This document shows, one piece after another, positions 36,771 through 46,745 of a stretch of 64,000 nt of DNA. Source of the DNA: Alphaproteobacteria bacterium (GTDB lineage Bacteria > Pseudomonadota > Alphaproteobacteria > SHVV01). Numbering within the stretch: position 1 is the stretch's first letter; each line of letters begins with the position of its first letter. Made by a program: the position numbers and the translations under genes. The notes under the pieces are model-generated. The model was not told the DNA's origin. It worked only from the letters and a program-made list of their open reading frames with translations, and did not search any database. The DNA lies in assembly GCA_965261735.1 (NCBI GenBank), contig OZ253470.1, forward strand, positions 2,528,001 through 2,592,000, given 5' to 3'.

Positions 36771-37843
36771 GGGTGCTGCGCGGGCGCTCCGCCATGCCAG
36801 CCACGAACCATTGCTACGAGCTCGGCGACGTGCTCGGGCGGCGTGCCGGGCAAGATCCCGTGGCCGAGGTTGAAAATGAAGCGCCCACCGGCCAACGATT
36901 CGAGGATGTACGCGGCCTCACCTTGCATGGCGACGCCGCCCGCCAACAGGGCCACCGGGTCGAGGTTGCCCTGTACCGTGCAATACGGCTGCAGGTTGTG
37001 TGCCGCCCAGGGCGGCGAAACCGTGGTGTCAATGCCGATGCCGTCGACCCCGCTTTCCTCGACCAGCATGGCCAGCAGGGTCGCCGCACCGCGCGGGAAG
37101 GCGATCAGCGGGACATTTGGGTGGACGCTGCGAAAGCGGCGCGCGATGGTCGCAACGGGCTCGAGACACCAGCGCCGAAACGACCGTTCGGGTAGCATCC
37201 CCGCCCAGGTATCAAAGAGCTGCACGACATCGGCACCGGCATCGGCCTGCGCCACGAGATGGCGCACGGTTGCATCGACCAGCAAGTCGATCAGCGCCGC
37301 GAAGCCCTCCTCGTCGGCATAGGCCCAGCGCTTCGCGGACAACGCGTCCGCACCGCCGCGGCCCTCCACCATGTACGTCGCCACCGTCCATGGTGCACCG
37401 GCAAAGCCGATAAGCGCCGCCGACTCATCGAGCTCCGCCGCGAGCCGGCGCACGGTTTCGTATACCGGCGCTAGGTGGTCCTCGAGACGGGCCGCATCAA
37501 GCTGCGCCACGTCATCGCGCGAACGAATCGGCTCGAGCCGCGGGCCTTCGCCCTCGACAAAGCGCACCGGCTGTCCCAGTGCATCCGGCACCAGCAGGAT
37601 ATCAGCGAACAGAATGACCGCATCCAGATCGAAGCGGCGCAGCGGTTGCAGCGACACCTCCACCGCCAGGTCCGGCGTGTAGCACATATCGAGAAAGTCC
37701 CGAGCCCGGCCACGCAGCTCACGATATTCGGGCAGATATCTTCCGGCCTGGCGCATGAACCACACGGGCGGGCGATCGAGAACCTCGCCGCGCAGCGCCC
37801 TTACCAGGGGCAGCCCGCTCTGGTGGGATGGCCGTGGATTCAC
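36767..37843 (-). CDS. hemE: Uroporphyrinogen decarboxylase
   Basis: WFMRQAGRYLPEY, GFAGAPWT, QGNLDP, FNLGHG. Confidence 0.97.
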   Translation of the reverse strand: MNPRPSHQSGLPLVRALRGEVLDRPPVWFMRQAGRYLPEYRELRGRARDFLDMCYTPDLAVEVSLQPLRRFDLDAVILFADILLVPDALGQPVRFVEGEGPRLEPIRSRDDVAQLDAARLEDHLAPVYETVRRLAAELDESAALIGFAGAPWTVATYMVEGRGGADALSAKRWAYADEEGFAALIDLLVDATVRHLVAQADAGADVVQLFDTWAGMLPERSFRRWCLEPVATIARRFRSVHPNVPLIAFPRGAATLLAMLVEESGVDGIGIDTTVSPPWAAHNLQPYCTVQGNLDPVALLAGGVAMQGEAAYILESLAGGRFIFNLGHGILPGTPPEHVAELVAMVRGWHGGAPAQHP

Positions 37844-38233
37844 TCGGGGGCTCAGGGGTTGACGCTGGGAAAGGCAACCATACTTTCACACCTAAACATA
37901 CTTTACTGTTTGTTGTAGTTGATAGTGAATGCCTGTGGACGTCGGGGATTACATTGTTTCCGCGAAGGATTAACAAGTCGCTGTGCGCAGGAGTGCGACG
38001 TTGGATGATCCGGTGTGCAAGCACGCCGATCGCGCAGGGTTCGGTGCCTCAAGCTCGCCAAGGAAAGCGTTGATTAGGTGCTGCGCGAGTGCTCTTGGGG
38101 CATTTATACCGGCCTGGGGACAGGCCGGCGCATCGTTTAACATCTGGAGGGCGGTTTTGCGCATCACCGGGACAATTGCGGGTGCCGACCGCCGCATCCT
38201 TACCTTATCCACATGTGTGCACGTGCTGAGGTC
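37844..38233. other. Putative chromosomal replication origin (oriC)
   Basis: hemE / PSRP divergent intergenic region as in other alphaproteobacteria; perfect DnaA box TTATCCACA at 38205-38213; AT-rich tract at 37876-37930; most flanking genes point away from it; parS/parAB 12 kb away. Confidence 0.75.
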
Positions 38234-39046
38234 GTGACCCAGTTTAACCTCCATCTCGTCTCGGATTCGACGGGGGAGACCCTCAACGCGGTCGCCCGCG
38301 CCGCCATCACTCAGTTCGATGATGCGGAGCCGGTGGAGCACATGTGGTCGCTGGTAAGGACCCGCAAGCAGGTCGAGAAGGTGGTAGAGGCGATCGATGC
38401 GCAGCCCGGAATCGTCATGTTCACCATGGTCCGGCGCGATGTGCGTGACGTGCTCGAAGCCGGTTGTCGGCGTCTCGGCGTGCCCTGTATCGCCGTTCTC
38501 GATCCCGTGTTGACCACCATCGGCGGCTACCTCGGTGCCGAGAGCCTCGGTCGGCCCGGCCTGCAGCATTCCATGGATGCCGAGTATTTCGGGCGCATTA
38601 GCGCCATGGACTATTGCCTGGCGCACGACGATGGCCAGTCGCAGGTGAGCCTCAGGGATGCCGACGTGGTTCTCGTCGGTGTCTCGCGGACGTCGAAGAC
38701 GCCGACCTGCTTCTATCTCGCCAACCGCGGCGTGCGCGCGGCCAACGTACCCTTCGTTGCCGGGCATTCGCTGCCATTGGAGCTGGTCGGGCCCGGGGGG
38801 CCACTCGTCGTCGCGCTGACGGCGAGCCCCGAGCGACTCGTGCAGATTCGCCGCAACCGACTGTTGCAGCTCAGCCAAGCCGGCGATTCGAGTTACGCCG
38901 ATATCGAGGCGGTGAGGGCCGAGGTTGCCGAGGCACGCCGGCTCTTTGCGGCGCAGGGTTGGCTCGTGATCGACGTGACACGTCGTTCGATCGAGGAAAC
39001 CGCGGCGCGCATCCTGACCTACTGCGGACAGTGTGCCAGGACATGA
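38234..39046 (+). CDS. Pyruvate, water dikinase regulatory protein (PSRP kinase/pyrophosphorylase)
   Basis: HLVSDSTGET, HDDG, GVSRTSKTP, DVTRRSIEETA. Confidence 0.93.
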   Translation: MTQFNLHLVSDSTGETLNAVARAAITQFDDAEPVEHMWSLVRTRKQVEKVVEAIDAQPGIVMFTMVRRDVRDVLEAGCRRLGVPCIAVLDPVLTTIGGYLGAESLGRPGLQHSMDAEYFGRISAMDYCLAHDDGQSQVSLRDADVVLVGVSRTSKTPTCFYLANRGVRAANVPFVAGHSLPLELVGPGGPLVVALTASPERLVQIRRNRLLQLSQAGDSSYADIEAVRAEVAEARRLFAAQGWLVIDVTRRSIEETAARILTYCGQCART

Positions 39047-39642
39047 GCGTGCCCGTCGTGTTGGCATCGGCGAGCCGTGCGCGCCAGGCGCTGTTGGCGC
39101 GCGCAGGGCTGGCGTTCGAGGCGGTCGCGGCGGCGATCGACGAGGCGGCGGCCATGGAGCGCGCGCGGGCCGAAGTACTCGATGCCGCCGCGCTCGCCGC
39201 GGGCCTCGCGGAATCCAAGGCGCGGGCGGTTGAGGCGGGGTGTGCGGGCAGCCTCGTGATCGGCGCCGATCAGGTGCTCGACGTCGATGGTGAATGGCTC
39301 GGCAAGCCGGCCGACAGGGCCGAGGCGCGGGCGCAGCTCGCGCTGCTGCGGGGCCGCGCTCACGACCTCCACACCGCCGTATGCCTGGTCCGCGATGCGG
39401 CCGTGACGTGGCGCCACCTCGATACCTCGCGGCTCACGATGAGGACCCTGAGCGACGCCTCGATCGAGCGTTACCTCGATGGCGCGCTCCCCGCGGCGCT
39501 GGGCTCGGTCGGCGCGTATCAGCTTGAAGGCCCCGGCGCCCAGCTCTTCAGCTTCGTCGAGGGGGACTTCTTTGCCATCCTCGGGCTGCCGCTCCTGCCT
39601 CTCCTCGAGGCGCTGCGCCAACAGGGAGCGGCGCCGCCATGA
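39043..39642 (+). CDS. maf: Maf family nucleotide pyrophosphatase
   Basis: VLASASRAR, IGADQ, GKP, GAYQLE, ILGLPL. Confidence 0.92.
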   Translation: MSVPVVLASASRARQALLARAGLAFEAVAAAIDEAAAMERARAEVLDAAALAAGLAESKARAVEAGCAGSLVIGADQVLDVDGEWLGKPADRAEARAQLALLRGRAHDLHTAVCLVRDAAVTWRHLDTSRLTMRTLSDASIERYLDGALPAALGSVGAYQLEGPGAQLFSFVEGDFFAILGLPLLPLLEALRQQGAAPP

Positions 39643-40493
39643 TCATCTCCGGAAAGGCGCGGCTCGCGTGCGTCATTGGCTGGCCCGTGGCGCACTCACG
39701 CTCGCCGCGGCTACACGGGTACTGGCTCGATCACTATGGCATCGATGCCGCCTACGTACCGCTTGCGGTCGCCCCGGCCGAGTTCAAGCGGGCTTTTCGC
39801 GCACTTGTCCGCCTCGGATTTCGCGGCGGCAACATCACCTTGCCGCACAAGAGGGTGGCTCTCGGCCTGGTCGACGAAGTGGACGCCGCGGCGAGCCGGA
39901 TTGGGGCCGTCAACACGTTCACGGTGCGCGAGGACGGGAGTGTCCTCGGCGCCAACACCGACGGCTTCGGCTTCATGGCGAACCTTACCGAGGGCGCGCC
40001 GGCGTGGCGTGCCGCGACCGGGCATGCGGTCGTGCTCGGCGCCGGCGGCGCCGCCCGAGCGATCGCGGTGGCGCTCGTTGGCGCTGGTGTGCCGGAGATC
40101 CGAATCATCAATCGGACACGCTCGCGAGCTCGCGCCCTGGCGCGCCAGTTCGGCGGCGTCGCCCGCGTTTTTGCGTGGGAGCGGCGCGGCCAGGCGCTCG
40201 AAGGCGCGGCGCTGCTGGTCAACACCACGGCCCTCGGCATGACCGGCCAAGGACCCCTCGCGATCGACCTCGCGGCCTTGCCGCGGGACGCCGTAGTTGC
40301 CGACATCGTCTACGACCCGCTCCAAACCGAACTGCTGGTCGCCGCCGCGGCGCGCGGCAATCCGGCGGTCGACGGGCTCGGCATGCTGCTCCACCAGGCG
40401 CGGCCCGGTTTCGCCTCCTGGTTCGGAGTCGAGCCGGAAGTAACCCCGGCGCTCCGTGCCTTTGTGCTCGCTGCCCTGGCGGGGTCCGTCTGA
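39639..40493 (+). CDS. aroE: Shikimate dehydrogenase
   Basis: GWPVAHSRSP, NITLPHK, GAVNT, NTD, GAGGAA, GLGMLLHQA. Confidence 0.96.
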   Translation: MIISGKARLACVIGWPVAHSRSPRLHGYWLDHYGIDAAYVPLAVAPAEFKRAFRALVRLGFRGGNITLPHKRVALGLVDEVDAAASRIGAVNTFTVREDGSVLGANTDGFGFMANLTEGAPAWRAATGHAVVLGAGGAARAIAVALVGAGVPEIRIINRTRSRARALARQFGGVARVFAWERRGQALEGAALLVNTTALGMTGQGPLAIDLAALPRDAVVADIVYDPLQTELLVAAAARGNPAVDGLGMLLHQARPGFASWFGVEPEVTPALRAFVLAALAGSV

Positions 40494-40496
40494 GCG

Positions 40497-41207
40497 GTGG
40501 TCAAGTTGGGGCTCACCGGCTCGATCGGCATGGGCAAGACCCAGGCGGCGCGCGCCTTCGCCCATCTTGGTGCCGCCGTGTTCGACGCCGACGCGACCGT
40601 CCATGAGGTGCTTGCGCCGGGCGGAAGCGCCGCGGAGCGGGTAGCGGCCGCGTTCCCCCAGGCGGTGTCGGAAGGCGTGGTCGATCGCGAGGCGCTCGGG
40701 CGAATCGTGTTCGCCGATGCGGCGGCGCTCGAGCGGCTCGAGGCGATTGTCCACCCCGTGGTGCGGCGCGCCGAGCGCGCCTTCCTCGCCGCCGCGCGCC
40801 GCCGCCGGGTCGCCCTTGCCGTGCTCGACATTCCTCTGTTGTTCGAAACCGGCGCCGCTTCCCGCGTCGATGCGACAGCGGTCGTCAGCGCCCCGCCGGT
40901 CGTCCAGCGCACTCGGGTCCTGGGCCGGCGCGGGATGAGCGCGGCGCGGCTCGCCGCCATCCTCGAGCGCCAGATGCCGGATCGTGAGAAGTGCCGGCGT
41001 GCCGATTTCGTCATCCTGACCGGCCTCGGGCGCGGCTTCAGCTTGCGGCGGATTCGCGACATCGTCACAATGCTGACGAAGCCACCCGGCGCGCACCAGC
41101 AGCGGAGTGGAGCAACATGCGCGAAGTTGTTCTCGATACCGAAACGACCGGCCTCGATCCCGCGTCCGGCCACCGGGTGGTCGAGATCAGCTGCGTCGAG
41201 CTCGTGA
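40497..41207 (+). CDS. coaE: Dephospho-CoA kinase
   Basis: GLTGSIGMGKT, FDAD, HP, DIPLLFE; C-terminal tail overlaps dnaQ by 91 bp. Confidence 0.92.
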   Translation: MVKLGLTGSIGMGKTQAARAFAHLGAAVFDADATVHEVLAPGGSAAERVAAAFPQAVSEGVVDREALGRIVFADAAALERLEAIVHPVVRRAERAFLAAARRRRVALAVLDIPLLFETGAASRVDATAVVSAPPVVQRTRVLGRRGMSAARLAAILERQMPDREKCRRADFVILTGLGRGFSLRRIRDIVTMLTKPPGAHQQRSGATCAKLFSIPKRPASIPRPATGWSRSAASSS

Positions 41208-41785
41208 ACCACGTGCCGACGGGCACGGTGTATCAGGCCTACGTCAATCCCGAGCGCGAGATGCCTGATGGAGCGCTCGCCGTGCACGGCCTCAGCAACG
41301 CCTTCCTAGCCCAGCAGCCGCGCTTCGCCGAGGTCGCCGAGGCCTTCCTCGCGTTCGTCGACGATGCGATTCTCGTGGCCCACAACGCCGAGTTCGATCT
41401 CGGGTTCATCAACGAGGAGCTCAGGCGCATCGGGTTGCCGCGGCTGTCGCACGTTCAGGTGGTGGATACGGTGGCCCTGGCGCGGCGAAAATATCCCGGC
41501 ATGCAGGCGAGTCTCGATGCCCTGTGTCGGCGCTTCGGCATCGACAATTCAGCGCGCGAGAAGCACGGCGCGCTGCTCGATGCGGACCTGTTGGCGCAGG
41601 TCTATCTGTATCTCGTGGGCGGCCGCCAGCCGGCGCTCGGCCTGTCGTTCGAGGCCGCGCCGGTACCCGGGTCCGCGGTGCCGATTATTGCCCGGCCGCC
41701 CCGGCCTCACGCGCCGAGCCCGGCCGAGCTAGCGGCTCACGCCGCGTTCGTCGCCACGCTTCCCAATCCGATCTGGCTTCAGTGA
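41117..41785 (+). CDS. dnaQ: DNA polymerase III subunit epsilon
   Basis: MREVVLDTETTG, AHNAEFD, HGALLDA. Confidence 0.96.
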   Translation: MREVVLDTETTGLDPASGHRVVEISCVELVNHVPTGTVYQAYVNPEREMPDGALAVHGLSNAFLAQQPRFAEVAEAFLAFVDDAILVAHNAEFDLGFINEELRRIGLPRLSHVQVVDTVALARRKYPGMQASLDALCRRFGIDNSAREKHGALLDADLLAQVYLYLVGGRQPALGLSFEAAPVPGSAVPIIARPPRPHAPSPAELAAHAAFVATLPNPIWLQ

Positions 41786-41821
41786 TCCGTGGGAGGGCTG
41801 AGCTCAGCCCTCGATCCCGCT

Positions 41822-42307
41822 TCAGCCGTCTTTCGCGGCCTCGGCCTGCTGCGTAAGTTGTTGGCGGTAAAGGGCGGCGAAGTCGATCGGGTCCAGCAGG
41901 AGAGGCGGAAAGCCGCCGTCGCGGGTCGCATCGCCGACGATGCGCCGGGCGAACGGGAAGAGCAGCCTGGGACACTCGATGAGGCAGACCGCGTGGCGGC
42001 TGTCCTCTGGAATGTTGGCCAACGCGAATACGCCGCCGTAGACGAGCTCGAGCACGAAGGCGGTCGCCTCGCCGTGCCTCGCCGACGCGGCGATCTTGAT
42101 ATGGACCTCAAAGTCGGTCTCCGCGAGCAGCCGCGCGCCGACCTCGACGCGCACGTCGATCTTGGGCTGTTCCTGCGTGGTCGCCAGGCTGAGCGGGGCG
42201 TTGGGGTTCTCGAAGGAGAGATCCTTGACGTATTGGCCGCGGATCGAGAGCGTTGCCTGCGTCGCTCCCGGTAGTGCTTCTGATTGGCCGTTGCCGTTGT
42301 TGGACAT
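41822..42307 (-). CDS. secB: Protein export chaperone SecB
   Basis: QYVKDLSFENP, YGGVF, LLFPFAR, GGFPPLLLDPIDF. Confidence 0.96.
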   Translation of the reverse strand: MSNNGNGQSEALPGATQATLSIRGQYVKDLSFENPNAPLSLATTQEQPKIDVRVEVGARLLAETDFEVHIKIAASARHGEATAFVLELVYGGVFALANIPEDSRHAVCLIECPRLLFPFARRIVGDATRDGGFPPLLLDPIDFAALYRQQLTQQAEAAKDG

Positions 42308-42417
42308 GGGCAGCCTCGGCTTGAGGGGCGGTTTCGGCGGACGCGCATCCCATCGTGGCTATCACGGAAGGCGGCGCCGGCACAACCGTGCGGCCGCGCA
42401 GGCTGCGCCAGGCGGGA

Positions 42418-42864
42418 TCAGCTATCGCGCTCGATCTCGCGGTAGTCCCCGTCGATGACGGGACCAGCACCGGGATCTTGGCCCGGCGGCGGGGCTTGTG
42501 CCGTGGGGCCACCGCCGAGGCGCCGAACGACTGTACGGCGCAGCCAGGCGCGCACCCGCGGCACGAACAGGGCGGCCCCGGCGATATCGGTGACGAAGCC
42601 CGGCGTCAGCAGCAGCAGACCGGCGACGGCGAGGCACACGGCATCGAACAGCTCGGCCAGCGGAGGCTGGCCCGCGCGCATGCTGGCACGAGCCCGCGCC
42701 AGCGTGGCCACGCCCTGGTGGCGTAGCAGCGCGGTGCCGGCAACCGCGGTAGCCACGACGATCGCGAGCGTCGGCCACAGGCCGATGCGGCCGCCGACCT
42801 CGATGAAGACGCCGATTTCGAGGAGCGGAACCGCGAGCAGTGCGAAGAAAATGTATCGGGCCAA
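42418..42864 (-). CDS. fxsA: FxsA family membrane protein
   Basis: PLLEI, GLWPT, LLLTPGFVTD, VIDGDY; TTG start with GAGG RBS. Confidence 0.88.
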   Translation of the reverse strand: MARYIFFALLAVPLLEIGVFIEVGGRIGLWPTLAIVVATAVAGTALLRHQGVATLARARASMRAGQPPLAELFDAVCLAVAGLLLLTPGFVTDIAGAALFVPRVRAWLRRTVVRRLGGGPTAQAPPPGQDPGAGPVIDGDYREIERDS

Positions 42865-43004
42865 GGTTGTCCTCTTACCTGGAGGGGCTATCTCTATCAC
42901 GTCTATCCGGGCTGCTGGACCCTGGTCCGGCAAACGGCTATCCTGACCCGTTGCCGCCGGGAGCACCCCAAGGCAAGCGGCGCGGCGACGCCGAGAGCGC
43001 AATC

Positions 43005-43691
43005 ATGAGCGACGGTTTTCCTGTCCTCGAGATCATATTCTTCGCCATGGTTGCGGCGTTCATTTTCCTGCGCTTGAGGAATGTGCTGGGGCGGCGCACG
43101 GGACATGAAAAGCCCCCGATGGACTCGATCTCGGCGCGCAGTCGGGGGGCCCCGGACGATCAGGACAAGGTCATCGAACTGCCGGACCGCACGCCACGCG
43201 GCGAGGAGCCAGCAGCGGTGGCATCGGATGGCGACACAGTCGTCACGTTCGGGCTCGCCCAGGTCAAGGTCGCCGATCCCAAGTTCAGCGAGCGCGAGTT
43301 CCTCGAGGGCTCGCGCATGGCCTACGAGATGATCGTCACGTCCTTCGCCAACGGCGACAAGGACACGCTACGGCCGCTGCTCGACGACGCCGTCTACCGC
43401 GAGTTCGAGGTCTCGATCGACGAGCGCGAGGCGGCCGAGGAGACGCTCGAAAACACCCTCCTCGCGATCAAGTCGGCGGACCTCATCGAGGCCCGGATCG
43501 TGGGCAGGACGGCCGAGCTTACGGTCAAGTTCGTCAGCGAGATGGTGAAGCTCACGCGCGCGGCCAGCGGCGAGATCACCTCGGGCGACCCGCGCGCGGT
43601 ACAGGAAGTCACCGACTTCTGGACGTTCGCCCGCGACACCCGACAACGCGACCCCAACTGGACCCTGATCGCGACTCGCAGCTCCAATTGA
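43005..43691 (+). CDS. Tim44/TimA family putative adaptor protein
   Basis: LRLRNVLGRRTGHE, FLEGSRMAYEMIV, WTFARD..PNW. Confidence 0.9.
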   Translation: MSDGFPVLEIIFFAMVAAFIFLRLRNVLGRRTGHEKPPMDSISARSRGAPDDQDKVIELPDRTPRGEEPAAVASDGDTVVTFGLAQVKVADPKFSEREFLEGSRMAYEMIVTSFANGDKDTLRPLLDDAVYREFEVSIDEREAAEETLENTLLAIKSADLIEARIVGRTAELTVKFVSEMVKLTRAASGEITSGDPRAVQEVTDFWTFARDTRQRDPNWTLIATRSSN

Positions 43692-44923
43692 AGCAACGCG
43701 CGTTCGTTTTCGCGCTCGGCGCCGCGGCGCTCGTGGTCGCCGGCGCGGTGGCATGGTGGTGGGCCGTGCCGCGGCCGCCGCTCGAGGATCGGCTACGCCT
43801 GCGCGTGACCGCGTTCACGGCGCTAGGGGGGTGGGCCGACGATGATCATGGCGCGGCGCTGGCGGCGCTCCTCAAGAGCTGCGCCCGGCTCGCGGGCCGA
43901 GCCGATGGCGCGGCGGTTGGCGCCGGCGCCATCGGTGGCCGGGTGGCCGACTGGCGCCCGGCGTGCCGTGCCGGGGCCGAGGTGCCGGCGGGCGCGCGGG
44001 CAGCGGCCCGCCGGTTTTTCGAGGCCCATTTCACGCCGCTCGACGCCGCCAACAACCGCGAGCCCGAGGGCTTGTTCACCGGCTACTTCGAGCCCGAGCT
44101 GCGTGGCAGCCGGCGCGCGCAGGGGCGCTACCGGGTACCGCTGTACGCACGGCCGGAAGATCTGGTCAGTGTCGATCTCGGTGCCTTTCGCGCCGCCCTG
44201 CGCGGGCAGCGGCTGGCCGGCCGCGTGGTCGCGGGCAGGTTGCGGCCGTTTTCGAGCCGCGCCGATATCGACTCCGGCGCACTTGCAGGGCGCGGCCTCG
44301 AGCTCGTCTGGGTCGACAGCGCCATCGACGCGTTCTTCCTCCACATCCAGGGCTCGGGCCGGGTCGTCATGGATGACGGCGCGATCCTGCGCCTCGGCTA
44401 TGCGGCGCAAAACGGCCACCCCTATTTCGCCATCGGCCGCGAGTTGATCGCTCGCGGCGCACTGACTCCGGAGACGACCTCGCTGCAGTCGATCCGTGCG
44501 TGGCTCGAGGCCAATCCGGACGAGGCCGCGAAGGTGATGGCCAAGAACCCGTCCTTCATCTTTTTCCGAACGCTCGACGGCGAGGGCCCCGTGGGCGCCC
44601 AGGGCGTGGTCCTGAGCGCAGGGCGTTCGCTTGCCGTGGATAGGCGCTACCTACCGCTCGGGGCACCGGTATGGCTCGACACGGTGGCCCCGGCCGCCGA
44701 TCCCGGCGCACCGGAGGCGCCGCTACGGCGGCTGTTCGTGGCCCAGGATACCGGTGGCGCCATTCGCGGTCCGGTGCGCGGCGATGTGTACTGGGGCTCG
44801 GGCGCGGCCGCGGGCGCCGTGGCCGGCCGCATGCGCAGCCGCGGCCAATACTATCTGCTGCTGCCGAAGTCGGTGGTCGCCCGCGGCGATCCGTGGGCGC
44901 CGCCCGACGGCGCGGCCAGGTAA
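43688..44923 (+). CDS. mltA: Murein lytic transglycosylase A
   Basis: FTGYFEP, FFLHIQGSG, NPSFIFF, AVD, QDTGGAIRG. Confidence 0.93.
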   Translation: MKQRAFVFALGAAALVVAGAVAWWWAVPRPPLEDRLRLRVTAFTALGGWADDDHGAALAALLKSCARLAGRADGAAVGAGAIGGRVADWRPACRAGAEVPAGARAAARRFFEAHFTPLDAANNREPEGLFTGYFEPELRGSRRAQGRYRVPLYARPEDLVSVDLGAFRAALRGQRLAGRVVAGRLRPFSSRADIDSGALAGRGLELVWVDSAIDAFFLHIQGSGRVVMDDGAILRLGYAAQNGHPYFAIGRELIARGALTPETTSLQSIRAWLEANPDEAAKVMAKNPSFIFFRTLDGEGPVGAQGVVLSAGRSLAVDRRYLPLGAPVWLDTVAPAADPGAPEAPLRRLFVAQDTGGAIRGPVRGDVYWGSGAAAGAVAGRMRSRGQYYLLLPKSVVARGDPWAPPDGAAR

Positions 44924-44935
44924 CCCCTCCTCCCG

Positions 44936-44949
44936 CTGATCTCGATCAA
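44936..44949 (+). promoter_or_regulatory. FNR/FixK-type binding box
   Basis: CTGAT-CTCG-ATCAA (consensus TTGAT-N4-ATCAA); TAGCAT at 44971-44976 fits class II spacing upstream of the USP gene. Confidence 0.65.
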
Positions 44950-45030
44950 GGCGCGCCTTTGCGTGGCGCCTAGCATCGCCAGGACCGCGTCGACTTGCGT
45001 CGGCGTGTGCCTGCGCGGAGGGCGAGCGCG

Positions 45031-45468
45031 ATGTTCAAAAAGATCCTGGTGGCGGTCGATGGCTCGGAGCACGCGTTGCGGGCGGTCGACATGGCGGCCG
45101 GCTTGGCCGAGACATGCGCGGCCGAGCTTTCGTTCGTTCACATCGTGCGCGACCCGCGCCTCCCCGAGGGCCTGAAGCGGTTCGTGGAGGAGGAGTACCC
45201 CGGCGAATCGCCGGAGTATGTGGCCCTTCACCTTGCGGCCGACAAGCTGCTGGCAGAAGCGGCCGAGCGGTCGGGCCGAAAGGGTATGGCAAAGCTCACG
45301 GCGGAGGGCGATCCCGCCGGGCGGATATTGGATACCGCGAAAAACGGCGGCGCCGACCTTATCGTCCTGGGGAGTCGCGGGCTCACCGACGTGGCCAGCC
45401 TGCTCCTCGGCAGCGTATCGCACAAGGTGCTGCACCTCGCGCCCTGCGCCTGCCTGATGGTGAAGTAG
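45031..45468 (+). CDS. Universal stress protein
   Basis: MFKKILVAVDGS, ADLIVLGSRG, LLGSVS. Confidence 0.93.
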   Translation: MFKKILVAVDGSEHALRAVDMAAGLAETCAAELSFVHIVRDPRLPEGLKRFVEEEYPGESPEYVALHLAADKLLAEAAERSGRKGMAKLTAEGDPAGRILDTAKNGGADLIVLGSRGLTDVASLLLGSVSHKVLHLAPCACLMVK

Positions 45469-45500
45469 CGCGCCCCACGGACCGCCGGCGTGGCGGCTTT

Positions 45501-45809
45501 CTATCGCCCGCGCTGGCGTTCGATGTAGGCGATAAGGTCGTCGATCTCCTGCCGGGTGAGGCTGAGGTCGGGCGTCGGCTCGTGCGGGTTGCTGAGAAAG
45601 ACGCGGAGATAAGCGGGCGTCTTGGTCGCGTCCTCGATGATCGTCCGAAAATGCGGCACGGCGTCGCTCGCCCGGCCCGTGCCTGCCACGACGTGGCACC
45701 AGCTGCACCATTTCGTGACGATGCGCCCGCCCTCTTCGGCGTCGCCCGCGGCCAATGCGGGGAGCGGCGTCAATGCCGCCGCGAGTATGGCTAGACATGC
45801 ATTACGCAT
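45501..45809 (-). CDS. Monoheme c-type cytochrome
   Basis: Signal peptide, GDAEEG, CSWCH heme motif, EIDDLIAYI. Confidence 0.85.
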   Translation of the reverse strand: MRNACLAILAAALTPLPALAAGDAEEGGRIVTKWCSWCHVVAGTGRASDAVPHFRTIIEDATKTPAYLRVFLSNPHEPTPDLSLTRQEIDDLIAYIERQRGR

Positions 45810-45977
45810 GTGAACTCCTGATCTATCCGGGAACCGGCGGGGCTACACCACGACCATTAGATAGGGAATAGCTACACCCCGAAGCAAACGGTGGCGCCGA
45901 GAGAAATGGCTCGCGGACCTCAGGCGCGCGCCGCGATTGACCTTGCGAAGGGGCGTGGGCTGCGGTTTCATGGGTGG

Positions 45978-46745
45978 ATGGCGCCGCCACCCCGCAACGT
46001 CGCGCTGTTCGTCACCTGTCTCGTTGATCTGTTTCGGCCGACGGTGGGATTTGCCGCCGTCAAGCTGCTCGAAGATGCGGGCTGCATCGTGCACGTGCCC
46101 GGCGCGCAAACCTGCTGCGGGCAGCCCGCTTACAACTCGGGCGCCTCCGAGGATGCGCGCGCCATCGCGCGTCAGGTGATCGCGGCGTTCGAAGGCTTCG
46201 AGCATGTCGTGGTCCCCTCGGGAAGCTGCGCCGGGATGCTGCGCCACCACTACCCGGCGCTGCTGGCCGAGGACCCGGCCTGGGCGGCGCGCGCCGAGGC
46301 GCTGGCCGAGCGCGCCGTTGAGCTCGTGGCGTTCCTACACGATGTCCTCGGCGTCCGCAGCGTCGCGTCGTCGTTCGCGGGCACCCTCACCTACCACGAC
46401 GCCTGCTCCGGGCTGCGCGAGCTCGGGATCCGCGCGCAACCGCGGGCGCTGCTCACAAGTATCGCCGGTGCCGAGCTTACCGAGGTCGCGGACCCCGAGG
46501 TGTGCTGCGGTTTCGGCGGCACCTTCAGCGTCAAGTACCCCGACATCTCGGTCGAAATGGTCGCGCGCAAGGCCGCGTCCGTGACGGCGACGGGCGCGGC
46601 GACGCTGCTCGGCGGCGACCTCGGCTGCCTGCTCAACATCGCCGGCCGGCTGCACCGCGAGGGCTCGCCCCTGCGGGTGCGCCACGTGGCCGAGGTGCTC
46701 GCCGGCATGACCGATGACCCCGCCATCGGCGAAGGGGGCTCGTGA
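45978..46745 (+). CDS. lutA: Lactate utilization protein A (LutA/LldE, CCG domains)
   Basis: VALFVTCLVD, QTCCGQP, SGSC, YHDAC, CCGFGGTF. Confidence 0.88.
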   Translation: MAPPPRNVALFVTCLVDLFRPTVGFAAVKLLEDAGCIVHVPGAQTCCGQPAYNSGASEDARAIARQVIAAFEGFEHVVVPSGSCAGMLRHHYPALLAEDPAWAARAEALAERAVELVAFLHDVLGVRSVASSFAGTLTYHDACSGLRELGIRAQPRALLTSIAGAELTEVADPEVCCGFGGTFSVKYPDISVEMVARKAASVTATGAATLLGGDLGCLLNIAGRLHREGSPLRVRHVAEVLAGMTDDPAIGEGGS

